Of a stretch of 64,000 nt of DNA, positions 62,401 through 64,000 are shown one piece after another; the stretch's first letter is position 1; each line of letters begins with the position of its first letter. The stretch spans positions 3,038,001 to 3,102,000 of the forward strand of contig CM035350.1 of the NCBI GenBank assembly GCA_020137815.1, read 5' to 3'. The notes under the pieces were generated by a model. The model had not been told where the DNA came from. It made no database searches and saw nothing but the letters and a program-made list of their open reading frames with translations. The DNA comes from Hormiphora californensis (Eukaryota > Animalia > Ctenophora). The position numbers and the translations under genes are program-made.

Positions 62401-64000
62401 GATATTCCTTCCACTACCAAAGGAATACCAGAAGAACAGCGGGTACCTGATAGTTTACCTATACCCGAAATAGTCGCTGCTCCAGTACAAAAGATACCCG
62501 ACAGCTTACCACCATCGGACGAGCCTGAGACAAAGGTTATCCCTGATACGCTGGAGCGTTCAGCAGAGGAAACTATCATCCCTGACTCCCTGCACAAACC
62601 AGATCTGGACAGTTGTAGTCAGGACAGCACGGACAGTTTCAAGAGCAGCAGTCAGCAGAAGACACCCAAGAGGACCTACTCCAAGAGAGCCAGGACACCC
62701 TCCCAAAAGAAGGAGACTAGTGTCAGTAAGGTGAAGGGTAAGAGGGGTGCCAAGGTACCCTCCACTCCTCCTGACTCTAAATCCCTCATTACATCCTACC
62801 TCTCCCCCAAGATACCCCCCAAGCTGGTTACAATGGTGCCTGACTCCCTGGCTGCGGAAACACTGACCCAGTCACCCAAACTAGACAACTCCGTCGTGCC
62901 TGAGTGAGCCTCCTAAACAAGATGACACTATTGTTGAAGATATCTCTTTTACAGCTGTGAAAACTTCAACCCAGGAGGCTGAATCACCTCCCCCGACCGC
63001 TCCTGGATCGGTCATCCTGTCCCAAACAACACCGGAAACAAAACCCTCTCAACCAGTTCCTGATATTGTGCCATCTCAATCAGCTACTGATACTGCACCA
63101 TCCCAGGCCGAAACTTTAGTTTCTGCCCCTGCTACTGGACTGTCCCCAAACTCGGTAGAAACTGTATCATCACAAAATGAAACATTCATTCCTGGCCCGG
63201 AAACTGCCCCATCTCAGAATGAAAGTGTTGTTGCTGCCCCAGCGACTGTCTTGTCTCAGAATGAAAGTGTTGTTGCTGCCCCAGCTACTGTATCGTCTCA
63301 ACCTGAAAGTGTTGTTGCTGCCCCAGCTACTGTCTCGTCTCAACCTGAAAGTGTTGTTGCTGCCCCAGCTACTGTCTCGTCTCAGAATGAAAGTGTTGTT
63401 GCTGCCCCAGCGACTGTCACGTCTCAACCTGAAAGTGTTGTTGCTGCCCCAGCTACTGTCTCGTCTCAGAATGAAAGTGTTGTTCCTGCCCCTTCTCATA
63501 ACGAAACTATTGTGCCAGAAAAATCCGAGGAGACACCACAGCTCATACCAACTGAGACCACCTCCACTGAAGAGACCCAGAAAACAGAGTCCCTGCCCTC
63601 TCTGCCTCTCACCCAACCCAAGAAGAAAGGACCAGGCCGACCTCGTAAGGACAACTCAGCGGTGAAAAGAAAGCCAGAACGGCTGCCTGGATCTAGGAAA
63701 TCCATCAGGATTACTCGCCAGAACTCTGACTTGACGGATGATATGACCCCTTCCCAGCTGGATGAGAGCAGCCCTCTATCGCAGGTGATTGAGCTGCCTC
63801 CACCCAGCCAGGACACATCCCCTGAGAGAATCTCGATAGCTGAAAAGACATCTGCACAAAATCAAACCACTGTCATGGTAGTATCTAGTGGCGATGCTAC
63901 TCAGAACAGTTCTGTAACATCTGTTGAAACATTTGGTAAACCCGTTCTCAACCCGGTCTCTGTACCAGATACGATATCCCACACTCCGGAATTAGGATTG
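55602..64000 (+). CDS. RIF1: Replication timing regulatory factor RIF1, spliced, 3' end outside window
   Basis: HEAT-like N-terminus (NTELQCAAVLAVGYCF; RLKLFLTPF; CWW), LTHHKKQIRTATATFWNRTFG, VLTKHQKEKF...VPVMYNSLD, then a long S/T/Q-rich disordered region. Frame break at ~62905. Confidence 0.82.
58810..59052 (+). mobile_element. GC-rich structured insert in a RIF1 intron (probable SINE or LINE 3' end)
   Basis: Composition jump from AT-rich intron. Hairpin GCGGC-GAGA-GCCGC, long-range complementary blocks, and an AAATCAAATTCT end. Confidence 0.5.
63212..63490 (+). repeat. 42-bp tandem repeat (~6.5 x SQ[N/P]ESVVAAPATVS) in the RIF1 disordered region
   Basis: TCTCAGAATGAAAGTGTTGTTGCTGCCCCAGCTACTGTCTCG units in the frame that appears open to the window end. 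Confidence 0.9.

Overview
Eukaryotic, intron-rich animal DNA with compact GT-AG introns, many (AG)n/(GT)n tracts and foldback elements. It is most likely a ctenophore, inferred from a 41-nt motif at 42865-42905 that I recall as the pleurobrachiid (Pleurobrachia/Hormiphora-type) trans-spliced leader (SL); this was not checked against a database. Recognisable genes: FIGNL1 (+, 5'-partial), an EGR zinc-finger gene (-), CCDC102 (-), an F-type lectin/C-type lectin/sushi gene (-, disrupted), a Ki-67-like gene (+), an intronless CHST-type sulfotransferase (+), a SAXO-like gene (+), RAD54B (+) and RIF1 (+, 3'-partial), plus several unassigned spliced ORFs. The most striking signal is two divergent ~1.2-kb retroposed elements that encode only a LINE ORF1-like protein, begin with the SL (10 nt and 41 nt of it), share a hairpin exactly 24 nt downstream, and end in trinucleotide tails. 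One has a perfect 10-bp target-site duplication (TSD) and splits a lectin exon. This suggests a possibly undescribed family of SL-capped, ORF1-only, promoterless retroelements. Also notable is a 46-copy 30-bp array that multiplies the 5' splice site inside the FIGNL1 Walker A motif. All calls are by-eye; exon coordinates may be off by a few bases.
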